Shown here one piece after another: positions 23,959-33,347 of a stretch of DNA of 64,000 bases. The notes below the pieces were generated by a model. It worked only from the letters and a program-made list of their open reading frames with translations. It did not search any database and was not told the origin of the DNA. The stretch covers positions 1,947 to 65,946 of the forward strand of contig JAFTMI010000011.1 of assembly GCA_017452505.1 (NCBI GenBank). Direction: 5' to 3'. How positions within the stretch are numbered: the stretch's first letter is position 1; each line of letters begins with the position of its first letter. The position numbers and the translations under genes are program-made. This DNA is from Oscillospiraceae bacterium (GTDB lineage: Bacteria > Bacillota > Clostridia > Oscillospirales > Oscillospiraceae).

Positions 23959-24936
23959 ATGAAAGGCAGAAATTTTCTGAAGCTGCTGGACTACACCCCG
24001 GCAGAAATTACGCAGCTGATCGATTTGGCTGCTGATCTGAAGGCCAAGAAAAAAGCCGGCATCCCCCACAAAATGTGTGAGGGCAAGAACATCGTTCTCC
24101 TGTTTGAAAAGGACTCCACCCGTACCCGCTGCGCCTTCGAGGTTGCAGGCTCCGACTTGGGTATGTCCGTGACCTATTTGGGACCCTCCGGTTCTCAGAT
24201 GGGCAAGAAGGAATCCATCGCCGACACCGCCCGGGTTCTGGGCCGTATGTATGACGGTATTGAGTACCGCGGTTACGGCCAGGAGATCGTGGAGGAGCTG
24301 GCCAAGTACGCAGGCGTGCCTGTTTGGAATGGCCTCACCAACGAATTCCACCCCACCCAGATTTTGGCGGATATGCTTACCATCCGGGAGCATTTCGGCG
24401 AGCTCAAGGGCAAAAAGTTAGTGTTTATGGGTGATGCAGGCTTCAATATGGGTAACTCCCTGATGGTGGGCTGTGCCAAGTTGGGTATGCACTTCGTGGC
24501 CTGCGCCCCTGCAGACTACTTCCCCAACAAGGAGCTGATCGCCACCTGCCAGGCCCTCGCCAAGGAAACCGGCGCAAAATTGGAGTTCATCGAAGATCCC
24601 AAGGAAGCCGTCAAGGGCGCCCATGTGATCTACACCGACGTTTGGGTGTCCATGGGTGAGCCTGCCGAGGTTTGGGGCTACCGGATTCGTGAGCTGACAG
24701 CTTACCGGGTGACCCAGGAGCTGATGGACATTGCAGGTCCTCAGTGCAAATTTATGCACTGCCTGCCCGCTTTCCACGACCTGAACACCAAGATCGGCAA
24801 GGAAATGGGCGAGAAGTTCGGCATTGACTGCATGGAAGTCACCGACGAGGTGTTTGAAGGCCCCCAGTCCATCGTCTTCGACGAGGCTGAGAACCGGATG
24901 CACACCATCAAGGCAGTTATGGCTGCCACATTGTAA
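23959..24936 (+). CDS. argF: Ornithine carbamoyltransferase
   Basis: STRTR, HPTQ, HCLP and AENR. Confidence 0.97.
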   Translation: MKGRNFLKLLDYTPAEITQLIDLAADLKAKKKAGIPHKMCEGKNIVLLFEKDSTRTRCAFEVAGSDLGMSVTYLGPSGSQMGKKESIADTARVLGRMYDGIEYRGYGQEIVEELAKYAGVPVWNGLTNEFHPTQILADMLTIREHFGELKGKKLVFMGDAGFNMGNSLMVGCAKLGMHFVACAPADYFPNKELIATCQALAKETGAKLEFIEDPKEAVKGAHVIYTDVWVSMGEPAEVWGYRIRELTAYRVTQELMDIAGPQCKFMHCLPAFHDLNTKIGKEMGEKFGIDCMEVTDEVFEGPQSIVFDEAENRMHTIKAVMAATL

Positions 24937-24968
24937 TGCTTAATGCATAATGCTGAATGCATAATGAA
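24934..24968 (+). repeat. Five tandem 7-bp repeats (TAATGCW)
   Basis: taatgct taatgca taatgct gaatgca taatgaa. Confidence 0.8.
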
Positions 24969-25000
24969 AGGGAACGACCATCGGTCGTTCCCTTTTTTTT
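24967..25000 (+). terminator. Terminator of the arg operon
   Basis: AAAGGGAACGACC-atc-GGTCGTTCCCTTT followed by a T-run. Confidence 0.9.
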
Positions 25001-25022
25001 GCAACAATGTTGGGTCTTCCTC

Positions 25023-25075
25023 GTAGGGGAGGCATAGTATGCCTCCCGCGGGCGGGATACTATCCCGCCCCTACA
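25023..25075. repeat. GTAG-type REP doublet
   Basis: GTAGGGGGAGGCATAGTATGCCTCCC ... GGGATACTATCCCGCCCCTAC. Confidence 0.65.
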
Positions 25076-25098
25076 ACCATTTATGTTGGGGCCGGCGT

Positions 25099-25211
25099 CC
25101 TGTTGCGGTACCCGGCACCCGCCTGCGTCGCAAAGCTCCTTGGCATTTGCCGACCGCTGCCACTCGCTCAAGTCGCTTCATCCGCCACAGGCGGCGCTCC
25201 TATCGCTCCCC
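25099..25211. mobile_element. ~110-bp CC-flanked structured element, copy 1 (inside a REP-like hairpin)
   Basis: CC-TGTTGCGGTACCC...GACCGCTGCCACTCGCTC...CCGCCACAGGCGG...TCGCTCC-CC; removing it restores GGGGCCGGCGTCCCCGACGGCCC. Confidence 0.7.
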
Positions 25212-25227
25212 CCGACGGCCCTAATTT

Positions 25228-25770
25228 TCAGCTTTCCATTTGTTTGCCCAGGAAGCCGGCAATGGTTTGGGTGATCTTCTGATCCGCCTCGGTGACCGGT
25301 GCGCTGTCTTCTCCCATCAGCAGCATTACGCAGCCCATGAGATCTCCCTGGCTGAGAATGGGCGATGCCGCCCCCAAAGCGTACTTGTCCGTGTTGTCCG
25401 TGGGACGAACCACAGGCTCACCGGGGTTGTAGCGGTAGTGGGTGCGCTGCTCCATAAGCTTCTCCAGCTCCGGGGAGTTGGGCTTGTCCATCAGCTCCCG
25501 CTTGGGTGCGCCGGACAGGGCAATGATGCTGTCCCGGTCTGCCACGGCGGCAATGCGCCCGGTGCTGTCACCGATGGACTCGCAGATCTGTGTGGCAAAA
25601 TCCTGCAGATCGCTCATGGGAGAATACTTCCGGAAGATCACACCCCCGTCCTTTTCGGTGTAAATTTCAAGGGGGTCGCCCTCACGAATGCGGAGGGTGC
25701 GTCTAATCTCCTTGGGAATCACAATACGCCCTAAATCGTCCACCCGACGGACGATACCAGTTGCTTTCAT
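25228..25770 (-). CDS. spoVT: Stage V sporulation protein T (AbrB-type DNA-binding domain + GAF)
   Basis: MKATGIVRRVDDLGRIVIPKEIRRTLRIREGDPLEI plus a C-terminal GAF domain; 180 aa. Confidence 0.97.
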   Translation of the reverse strand: MKATGIVRRVDDLGRIVIPKEIRRTLRIREGDPLEIYTEKDGGVIFRKYSPMSDLQDFATQICESIGDSTGRIAAVADRDSIIALSGAPKRELMDKPNSPELEKLMEQRTHYRYNPGEPVVRPTDNTDKYALGAASPILSQGDLMGCVMLLMGEDSAPVTEADQKITQTIAGFLGKQMES

Positions 25771-25787
25771 ATATATCTATCTCCTTA

Positions 25788-25849
25788 TTTTACAAATTAC
25801 GCTGTTAGTATCTGTAAACAAGGCAAGATTATACCGCCCAAAAGAAAAA
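25788..25849 (-). promoter_or_regulatory. spoVT promoter/leader (sigma-G/F-like), repeat copy R1
   Basis: Minus strand GTATA-17-GATACTA-ACAGCGTAATTTGTAAAA; recurs at ~30867, 31959, 57764 and 59127. Confidence 0.7.
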
Positions 25850-25876
25850 CTCCTCTGTACGTTACAGAGGAGTTTT
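25846..25876 (-). terminator. Terminator of the CapA islet operon
   Basis: AAAACTCCTCTGTA/TACAGAGGAGTTTT. Confidence 0.75.
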
Positions 25877-25926
25877 ATACAATTACGAGCAGCGCCTTAT
25901 TGAGATTAAGATTATGATTTTGTCAG

Positions 25927-27231
25927 TTATAGTTCGACTATACCAATTCCATATTCATCAATGCTGATTTTTGTACCATATGCTGCAGACATTTCAGCAA
26001 GTCTTTCCAATATGTTGCAGTCGGTCCTAACATGAGGATTTCCGTTTTTCCATCTCGGTTCTTCAAAATCGAGTTCAATCGGCAAGAGTTCTAGATGTGT
26101 CATTTTGCCATTCTCAATCTCGAAATACGGTATGAACGATTCAAACATCCTTCTGTCAGTCATAAGCCCCCTGGTATAGTTAGCAGACCTCTTACAGAAA
26201 AGCTCACGCATTGTATTGTCTGAAGTAAGGCCGTACTTTTCATACAAATCCTCAGGAAGTTTCGGTATGCTTTCATTGTGAAGTATAAAATCACCCAACG
26301 AATAAAATATAGGGCATCCTTTATATATTTCTAACGGTCTAATAAGGTGTGGTCCGTGCCCTATAACGGCATTTGCACCACTATCAATACACATATGTGC
26401 AAATTCTTCAAGGAATGGTGCAGGTGTTTCCTTCGATTTACCGCCAACTTCGTGAGAATGAATGCTAATAATAACATAATCGGCATGCATCTGTGCTTCG
26501 TATATGGCTTTTTTTACTCTATCTACATCTTCCTGATTTGGCGAAGTGTGATAATAAGTTTTATTGCCTTTAAAGAATTTCAAATCTTTTAAGACCGTTA
26601 TACCATCAGGCAACGGATTCTGATAGCCTTCTGCTCTTGATATATTATCTTTCGCATTTATATCACTGTTTTGTGCGATGTATTCAACAATTTCAAACTG
26701 CTCGGGTGTAAGTTCAATTTTTTCATCAAATCTAAGTGGATTCACACCAGGTCTGCCAATAATTTGTCTTGACTGTTTGCCGGCCATTGCTGCCGGATTC
26801 ATCATAGTAGATACGACAGAAATAAGCGCTACCCTACCGCTGGGCGTATCCAAATATCCCGGAGCCGCCGCATCATCAAGATTTTTACCTACACCGGCGT
26901 TTACAAATCCAGCCTTGTTAACATTATCAAGAGTAGCAAGCATACCTCCGTAAGAATAATCCATCGTGTGATTATTGGCAAAAGACAACATATTAAAGCC
27001 ATATTCTTTTGCAATATCAAGTACTGACGGATCCGCATAAAGATAACTGCCGCCATAAAATTGATTTCCGAAATACTCGCCGTTATGAAGCGTTGTTTCC
27101 AAGTTAAAAAAGCGCACATCAGCTTTTGAAATATACTTTTTAAGTTGTTCGAAGCCATCGTATGCGGTTGAAATTTTTCTTTGAATAAGCATATCGCCGG
27201 CTGCAACAAAACTCATTTTAAAATCCTTCAT
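25927..27231 (-). CDS. CapA family metallophosphatase-fold protein
   Basis: AAGD, NLET, ANNHTMDY, GHGPH and YSLGDF. Confidence 0.9.
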   Translation of the reverse strand: MKDFKMSFVAAGDMLIQRKISTAYDGFEQLKKYISKADVRFFNLETTLHNGEYFGNQFYGGSYLYADPSVLDIAKEYGFNMLSFANNHTMDYSYGGMLATLDNVNKAGFVNAGVGKNLDDAAAPGYLDTPSGRVALISVVSTMMNPAAMAGKQSRQIIGRPGVNPLRFDEKIELTPEQFEIVEYIAQNSDINAKDNISRAEGYQNPLPDGITVLKDLKFFKGNKTYYHTSPNQEDVDRVKKAIYEAQMHADYVIISIHSHEVGGKSKETPAPFLEEFAHMCIDSGANAVIGHGPHLIRPLEIYKGCPIFYSLGDFILHNESIPKLPEDLYEKYGLTSDNTMRELFCKRSANYTRGLMTDRRMFESFIPYFEIENGKMTHLELLPIELDFEEPRWKNGNPHVRTDCNILERLAEMSAAYGTKISIDEYGIGIVEL

Positions 27232-27241
27232 TTTTGCGCTC

Positions 27242-28369
27242 CTAAATCAATTTTATGGTATTAGAAATAAGCTCTGCTATATCGTCAAATGTTGATAAAT
27301 CTACTTTTTCATTGCGTGTGTGCTCACCATAACCAATCGGGCCACAAGAACACAAGGTGGGCGTTCCTGCCATAACTGTATAGGCAGCGTCGCTTCCACC
27401 ACCTTTTATTATGCCTTTGAATTCATCCATCCCGAGATTTTTAGCAGCAATATTCCATTTCTCTAAAAGCTGCAAGTTCTTGTCATTAACCATCATTGGG
27501 GGTCTTTTACTCATCACCGTTACGGTACGGTGAGTATTTTCAACAACATTCCTTTGCGATAAATCGCACATAGTTTGCTCTGCTTTTTGCATTTCTTCCA
27601 TGCTGGATACTCTTATATCAATATCGATGCTGCACTTATCCGCAACAGTGTTTGGAACAGTTCCGCCATTGATTACACCGCAATTATATGTAATTCCCTC
27701 TCTTTGGCTCAAGCCTTCTATTTCGAGAACCATATGTGCAGCTTCTTTAATGGCACTAGCACCGTCAAAATATGCATTTCCTGCGTGTGCTGCAACGCCA
27801 AAGATTTCAGCACGCATCTTCAAAATTCCCTTTCTGCCAACCGTAACACTTCTCGGTCTTGACGGTTCAAGGTTAAAAACAGCAGCAGCCCTTTTTGCAG
27901 TATCGATTATTAAATCCTTACCTGTCTGTCCTGAAAAACGACTGCTCACTTCTTCATCAGAAGTTAAAAGAAAATATACAGGCCGCTTGAGATTAGAATC
28001 TGCCTTTAAGCGCTCCATAACGCATAATCCTAAGGCAATTCCGCCCTTGCAGTCCATTACACCGGGGCCATACAGCCAATTGTCGACACTGCTAACAACT
28101 TCATCACCAAACGCTCCGATCTTATGGACCGTATCCATGTGTGCCATAAGAAGTATTGGCTTTTCGTTTTCACACTCCCGCGTTTTTATAAGCAAAAAAT
28201 CGCCCGCCTCAGAAAAAGAAAATCTTTCTGTTTGTAAATTTTGCTCTATAGCGAATTTCTGTATAAAATCGACCATTTTATCAATGTTTGCCTTATTATC
28301 CGATGGTGTTTCTATCTTGCATATAGAAGTTAAAAAGTCGATATATTTGTTTTTAATTTCTGTATTCAT
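27242..28369 (-). CDS. M20 family metallopeptidase (glutamate carboxypeptidase-like)
   Basis: AHMDTV, GPGVMDCKGG, DEE, GGSDA and EH; start moved to 28369. Confidence 0.9.
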   Translation of the reverse strand: MNTEIKNKYIDFLTSICKIETPSDNKANIDKMVDFIQKFAIEQNLQTERFSFSEAGDFLLIKTRECENEKPILLMAHMDTVHKIGAFGDEVVSSVDNWLYGPGVMDCKGGIALGLCVMERLKADSNLKRPVYFLLTSDEEVSSRFSGQTGKDLIIDTAKRAAAVFNLEPSRPRSVTVGRKGILKMRAEIFGVAAHAGNAYFDGASAIKEAAHMVLEIEGLSQREGITYNCGVINGGTVPNTVADKCSIDIDIRVSSMEEMQKAEQTMCDLSQRNVVENTHRTVTVMSKRPPMMVNDKNLQLLEKWNIAAKNLGMDEFKGIIKGGGSDAAYTVMAGTPTLCSCGPIGYGEHTRNEKVDLSTFDDIAELISNTIKLI

Positions 28370-28370
28370 A

Positions 28371-29252
28371 TTAATACCCTTTTTCGGCAAAGTCCTGACA
28401 TTTTTCCTCAACACTTGACAGCAAGATACTCCATGTATTTTTATTGATAAACGGATTCGTATTTTTGTTATGCAGCATATATTCTCTTTTTGCAATTAAG
28501 GAATTGTGGCCGGGATGATTACCAAGTGTTATCTCAACATCTTCGTTTCTAAGCTTATTTACAGTGAAAAGCAACTCTTCGTTCATGTTTTCCGGCAAGT
28601 TGTACTGTCGGCAAAATTCTTTATAAATGGTTAAAAAGCCAAGGCCGCCAAGATATCCTACCTTGTGATTTTTCACGCCGTCTGTTGCCTCGAAAAAAAA
28701 CGCCATTGTACCCAACGTGTGTCCGGGAGCCGATACGCATCTGATTTTTGTATTTCCCAGTTCAATAAAGTCGCCGTCATTTATGGTTTCATCGGGCCAA
28801 CAAATTTGATCTTCCTTATTTGGTGCCAAATGCATAAGTGCTCTATCAGGCATTTCTTTTAATAGCTCGGTATCTGTTTCACTCATCAATATCTTCGCAC
28901 CATAAAGATCGCGCAAACGGTCACCACCGCCAAAGTGGTCAAAGTGACCGTGTGAATGAATAACATACTTTATATCCTCACAACGGAAACCAAGCTTATC
29001 AACTGAGTCAACAAGCGATTTAAAATTGTGTGAATAACCACTGTCGAAAAGTATGAAACCATCGTTGGTATCAATCAAGTGCATACAAACTTTTTTATCC
29101 CCAACATAATATAAATTGCCAAAGATCTTAAATGGCTCTATATTATAAGATTCGGGGTTTTCATAATAGTCTTTAAGAGCTGGCAAAAATCCATCAATCA
29201 CTTCTTTATAGGTCCTGATTTTAGCCAGTTCGCATTCATTATAGGCAAGCAT
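28371..29252 (-). CDS. MBL-fold hydrolase resembling subclass B3 metallo-beta-lactamases
   Basis: PFKIFGNLYYVG, HSHGHFDH, PGHTLG and NHP; no obvious signal peptide. Confidence 0.8.
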   Translation of the reverse strand: MLAYNECELAKIRTYKEVIDGFLPALKDYYENPESYNIEPFKIFGNLYYVGDKKVCMHLIDTNDGFILFDSGYSHNFKSLVDSVDKLGFRCEDIKYVIHSHGHFDHFGGGDRLRDLYGAKILMSETDTELLKEMPDRALMHLAPNKEDQICWPDETINDGDFIELGNTKIRCVSAPGHTLGTMAFFFEATDGVKNHKVGYLGGLGFLTIYKEFCRQYNLPENMNEELLFTVNKLRNEDVEITLGNHPGHNSLIAKREYMLHNKNTNPFINKNTWSILLSSVEEKCQDFAEKGY

Positions 29253-29457
29253 TATATGTTATATCTCCTTTTTTGAAACTTTAATAATGTTCAAATGCGA
29301 CATTTATGAAAGCAGACTTTTACCAGGAGTATTTTTTCTCCATCGTTACACGCATCCTTTAAAGAATTCATGTTGATTATATAACAGTTTTTAAGTATAA
29401 TCAAATAGATATATTGCAATAACTTCATAATAAATTCATTATAGGGATGTGGGCTAA

Positions 29458-30414
29458 ATGGAACTATCTGCAAAATATGCTTATCAGGTATATAAAGAAA
29501 AGAGTTTTTCCGCCGCAGCAAAAGTGTTATATGTCTCTCAGCCTGCACTGAGTGCGGCAATTTCAAGACTTGAAAAAGAACTGGGCATGCGCATTTTTGA
29601 CCGGACAAAATTACCGTTAACACTCACTCCGCAGGGCAGAATTTATATCGAAAGCATAGAAGAAATAATGGAATGCGAGAGCAATATGCGCCGAAGAATC
29701 CGTGAACTCTCTGATATGAGTTACGGCTCCCTGACGATCGGCGGCTCAAGTTTTGCTTCCTATTTCCTTATGTCCAAAATCTGCGGAGCCTTTCATAAAA
29801 AATATCCCCAAATCAAGGTGACTCTCGATATTGGAAATGTTGGAAGCTCAGACGTTCTTTGGAGCAAATTAAAGAACGATGAAATTGATTTGTTGGTTAC
29901 ATATGTTGCTGACCACAGCAAATATATCACGGAGCCGATTTATAAAGAACGGCTGGTGATTGCAATGCATAAGGAGATGCGCGGCGCCGGCGAATTATCA
30001 CACCTTGCCTTGACCCACGAAGAAATATTGACAGGTAAGTATTCAAAGGAACGGGAGATTGAAGATTTATCTGTATTCAATAATATAGAATTCATTAAAT
30101 ATACCGATATGTTAGACACTGCGCGCAGAATGACACAAATGCTTGGGGATTTTAAAACTGCATCTTGCGCAATCAAAAACGCACGTCATAGTGAAATGCA
30201 TTATAATTTGATGTGCTCGGGCATCGGCGCCGTTATAACAACCGATTCGGCTATTCGCCAAAAGCAACACGACGCTGAAAACATACTGTTTTTCCTGCCA
30301 AAAAGCAAAGAATCCCACCGCACCATATATATTGCAAGGCAGCATAGCACGGACGATAACCCCATAGTTAAAAATTTCATACAGATAGCCAAAGCCTACT
30401 CCTCTTTGCAATAA
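29458..30414 (+). CDS. LysR family transcriptional regulator
   Basis: SFSAAAKVLYVSQPALSAAISRLEKELG HTH; divergent from the hydrolase operon. Confidence 0.93.
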   Translation: MELSAKYAYQVYKEKSFSAAAKVLYVSQPALSAAISRLEKELGMRIFDRTKLPLTLTPQGRIYIESIEEIMECESNMRRRIRELSDMSYGSLTIGGSSFASYFLMSKICGAFHKKYPQIKVTLDIGNVGSSDVLWSKLKNDEIDLLVTYVADHSKYITEPIYKERLVIAMHKEMRGAGELSHLALTHEEILTGKYSKEREIEDLSVFNNIEFIKYTDMLDTARRMTQMLGDFKTASCAIKNARHSEMHYNLMCSGIGAVITTDSAIRQKQHDAENILFFLPKSKESHRTIYIARQHSTDDNPIVKNFIQIAKAYSSLQ

Positions 30415-30585
30415 GCATTTGATAAATAAAAGTATAATAAAAACGATCTTACTATAGCAGAAACCGGATGAATCCATTTTCATCCGGTTCTTTATTATGT
30501 AGTTGCACGCCTCTCTTTAACAGTTTAAACGGTCGTTTTTGTTTAGGATTTACGCAAATTCACCCCAACAAAACGCAGAAAAGTC

Positions 30586-30692
30586 TTATTGTTTATGCGC
30601 CTTCTTCGACTTTTGTCCTAATATGACACATTCCTCAACTCTTCTGACAATGCCAGTTGCACCCCAGGGGCACTTCCTTCGGGCGCTTTCAT
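30586..30692 (-). pseudogene. Truncated spoVT 5' end fused to foreign sequence (att-like junction), interrupted by a 26-bp insert
   Basis: Without 30661-30686 it reads MKATGIVRRVEECVILGQKSKKAHKQ*; RBS AAGGAG retained. Confidence 0.8.
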
Positions 30693-30711
30693 ATATCTTT
30701 CTCCTTTTCTG

Positions 30712-30850
30712 CGGCAAAGGCCCCCTTGCCTAAAGGGGGCTGTCACCGAAGGTGACTGGGGGATAAATGCCGCTTTGCGGCATATTGCCCTGTGGGCAAT
30801 TATCCCTCCACCGCTTACGCGGTCCCCCTCCCTCTAGGCGAGGGAGGCTT
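30712..30850. repeat. REP/REPIN-like multi-hairpin element between the spoVT' RBS and promoter copy R2
   Basis: GCCCCCTT/AAGGGGGC, GTCACCGAAGGTGAC, ATGCCGC/GCGGCAT, ATTGCCC/GGGCAAT and CCTCCCTC/GAGGGAGG hairpins. Confidence 0.65.
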
Positions 30851-30866
30851 TTTACGCCTACAATAA

Positions 30867-30913
30867 TTTTACAAATTACGCTGTTAGTATCTGTAAACGG
30901 GAGAAGATTATAC
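30867..30913 (-). repeat. spoVT promoter copy R2
   Basis: TTTTACAAATTACGCTGTTAGTATCTGTAAAC...AAGATTATAC; the first 32 nt are identical to R1. Confidence 0.9.
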
Positions 30914-30968
30914 TGACGGATTTACTTTTTTAGTCCGTTGTGGTATAATGCTTTTTCGAGGTGATTTT

Positions 30969-31748
30969 TTGAATATTTGGATCGTTTTGCTCGTAACCTT
31001 TTTTGCAGGTATGGGCGCAGGTCTGGGGACCGGGTTTGCGGGTATGAGCGCCGCCGCTGTTATAAGCCCCATGCTGATTACTTTCCTTGAGATTGAACCC
31101 TACACCGCGGTGGGTATTGCCCTCGCCTCCGACGTACTGGCAAGTGCGGTGTCAGCCTTCACCTATGGAAAAAACAAAAATCTGGACATCAAAAACGGCT
31201 TGCTTATGATGGCTATGGTCTTGCTGTTCACGATTGTGGGAAGCTATGTCTCCAGTGTTGTCCCGGCACAAACCATGGGCAGCTTCAGCACATTCATGAC
31301 ACTGATCTTGGGCATCAAGTTTATTGCCAAGCCGGTCATGACCACCAAACAGGAAATGGAGGCCGTCAGCAAGAAAAGGAAAATCGCAGGTTCGGTTCTT
31401 TGCGGCATTTTTATTGGCTTCATCTGTGGCTTCGTTGGCGCCGGCGGAGGTATGATGATGCTCCTCATTCTCACATCCGTGCTGGGATATGAGCTAAAGA
31501 CCGCCGTAGGCACCAGTGTATTTATTATGACCTTTACCGCGCTGACCGGTTCAATTTCCCACTTTTCCTTCGGCGACAGCCCCAATTTTCTGATTATGGT
31601 GCTGTGCGTTCTGTTTACCTTTATGTGGGCACGGATCGCGGCAGTATTTGCAAACAAAGCAAAGCCCGAAACATTGAACAGAGCCGTTGGTGCTGTATTG
31701 GTGCTGTTGGGTGTTCTTATATTGGGATTTGAGTATTTGATAAAATAG
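30969..31748 (+). CDS. Sulfite exporter TauE/SafE (TSUP) family protein
   Basis: GFVGAGGG and AVGTS; ~8 TM helices; TTG start after RBS GAGGTG. Confidence 0.88.
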   Translation: MNIWIVLLVTFFAGMGAGLGTGFAGMSAAAVISPMLITFLEIEPYTAVGIALASDVLASAVSAFTYGKNKNLDIKNGLLMMAMVLLFTIVGSYVSSVVPAQTMGSFSTFMTLILGIKFIAKPVMTTKQEMEAVSKKRKIAGSVLCGIFIGFICGFVGAGGGMMMLLILTSVLGYELKTAVGTSVFIMTFTALTGSISHFSFGDSPNFLIMVLCVLFTFMWARIAAVFANKAKPETLNRAVGAVLVLLGVLILGFEYLIK

Positions 31749-31786
31749 AAAGTAACAGCGGAGTGAAATTCACTCCGCTGTTACTT
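31748..31786 (+). terminator. Terminator hairpin
   Basis: AAAGTAACAGCGGAGTGAA/TTCACTCCGCTGTTACTTT. Confidence 0.8.
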
Positions 31787-31837
31787 TGTGCCGTCTGTAG
31801 GGGGCAGCGCCTCGACGCCCCGCAAGGACAGGGCGTT

Positions 31838-31950
31838 CCTGTTGCGGTGCCCGATAAAATCTTCGGGCTTCGCCGATCCTCGATTTTATCGACCGCTGCC
31901 ACTCGCTCAGGTCGCTCCTCCCGCCACAGGCGGCGCTCCCATCGCTCCCC
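31838..31950. mobile_element. ~110-bp CC-flanked structured element, copy 2 (inside a GTAG...CTAC REP)
   Basis: Same conserved blocks as copy 1, with a different internal hairpin CGATAAAATC/GATTTTATCG. Confidence 0.7.
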
Positions 31951-31958
31951 TACAATAT

Positions 31959-32006
31959 TTTTACAAATTACGCTGCGAGTCTGTAAACTCACGGAGATTA
32001 TACCGC
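31959..32006 (-). repeat. spoVT promoter copy R3 (degenerate -10)
   Basis: TTTTACAAATTACGCTGcgagTCTGTAAAC...AGATTATACCGC. Confidence 0.8.
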
Positions 32007-32214
32007 AGGATTTACATTTTGAAATTGCAACGTAAAAATCCGTCGATTCATACGCCGGTGGTCGGATTCCCTGCATTTTAGGGGTCAAAACGCCAACATT
32101 CCCCCCTGTTTTCCCCAGGAATTTGGTGCGGTTGCCGAAAAACAGCAAATCGGTTTACTTTCAGGTGTCCTTATGGTATGATAGCACCATTCATCAACAA
32201 CAGGTGTATGCAGA

Positions 32215-33312
32215 ATGGACAACAAGACTTTACACGACGGATTCCGTCGACAATTTACACATTTACACGCGCTCACAGTATTGATCATTTCTTTGCTTGA
32301 GATCATCGGTTATATCGTTTTGGTCGTTTCGCAGATCGAGCAGTTCTCTTTTGCGAATGCATACCTCTGGTATGGGGTGGTTATCCCCATTGTCATCAAT
32401 ACTATCACGCATTTTGTCGCAAGAGGTATCATCAACAACCCCTCTGTGGGTCGGGAACAGAAAAACCGGTGCATCGTTAACGCGGCGCTGGTCACCTCGT
32501 TTGTGGTAGCGATCCTCCACAAGGAGTATATCGTAACCAGCTGCGCCTTTATTTTCCCCATGGTGCTTTCTTCCGCATTCAATGACCGCAAATTGCTGAA
32601 CACAAGCTTTGGAGCATCGCTGGTTATTTTGCTGTGCGTAGGGGGCGCTTTTGAACTGGACGGTGCAATCACCCTCACCACAATTCTGAATCTGGTGATT
32701 TTATTTGGCCTTGCTGTGGTTTCCTACCTGTGCGGTATCGTTTCCATCAATTTTTCAAAGCAGAATTATGCTACCATCGAATCACAAGCCCAGCTGAACG
32801 ACCACCTGCAGGAAAAAGTGCGCAGAGATCAAATGACAGGTCTTTATAACCACAATACATTTTTTGATCATTTGGATAACAAGATTGCCGCCCACACCTC
32901 CGATAAGCAGCTTTGCCTGGCAATGCTGGATGTGGATGATTTCAAAACCATCAACGACACCTTTGGTCACGATTGCGGCGATACCATTTTGATCTGTCTT
33001 GCCCGAATTCTGCAAAAGCATTGCGGCATGGAGCATACCGCTTATCGCTATGGCGGCGAAGAATTCGCGGTTGTTTTTAACGGAAAAAGCCAAGCTGATG
33101 TCTGTTCCATTACAGAGAATATGCTGGATGAGTTCAGCAGCTACAACTTCCCGTTTACGGACGCTTCTGTCACCTTCTCCGGCGGAATCGCCTGCTTTGA
33201 GCCGGGCATGACAAGAGATAAATTCTTTGAGGCTGCCGATCAAACACTCTATCGCGCCAAGCGGGAAGGAAAGAACCGCATTTTAACAGCAAATGAATCC
33301 ATTCGGGTATAA
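32215..33312 (+). CDS. Membrane-bound diguanylate cyclase
   Basis: TM region, then DQMTGLYN, DVDDFKTIND and RYGGEEF. Confidence 0.92.
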   Translation: MDNKTLHDGFRRQFTHLHALTVLIISLLEIIGYIVLVVSQIEQFSFANAYLWYGVVIPIVINTITHFVARGIINNPSVGREQKNRCIVNAALVTSFVVAILHKEYIVTSCAFIFPMVLSSAFNDRKLLNTSFGASLVILLCVGGAFELDGAITLTTILNLVILFGLAVVSYLCGIVSINFSKQNYATIESQAQLNDHLQEKVRRDQMTGLYNHNTFFDHLDNKIAAHTSDKQLCLAMLDVDDFKTINDTFGHDCGDTILICLARILQKHCGMEHTAYRYGGEEFAVVFNGKSQADVCSITENMLDEFSSYNFPFTDASVTFSGGIACFEPGMTRDKFFEAADQTLYRAKREGKNRILTANESIRV

Positions 33313-33347
33313 AAAGAAAAACAGCGGAAATCCGCTGTTTTTCTTTT

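Noticed and set aside
25007-25282. Small ORFs across the repeats (also 31717-32148 and 62842-63537) sharing peptides such as VAVP...TAATRS
   Set aside because: The similarity comes from the non-coding CC element; frames and starts are not conserved between copies
25228-25770. skin-like interrupted spoVT requiring excision for expression
   Set aside because: spoVT is full length with its own RBS and promoter, so excision is not required
28371-29252. Calling the MBL an antibiotic-resistance gene
   Set aside because: Fold motifs only; no signal peptide and a catabolic operon context; activity cannot be inferred from sequence
32006-32214. c-di-GMP riboswitch upstream of the DGC or the pel operon (48544-48727)
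   Set aside because: No GEMM-type GCAAAC...GACGCAAAGC or class II consensus seen
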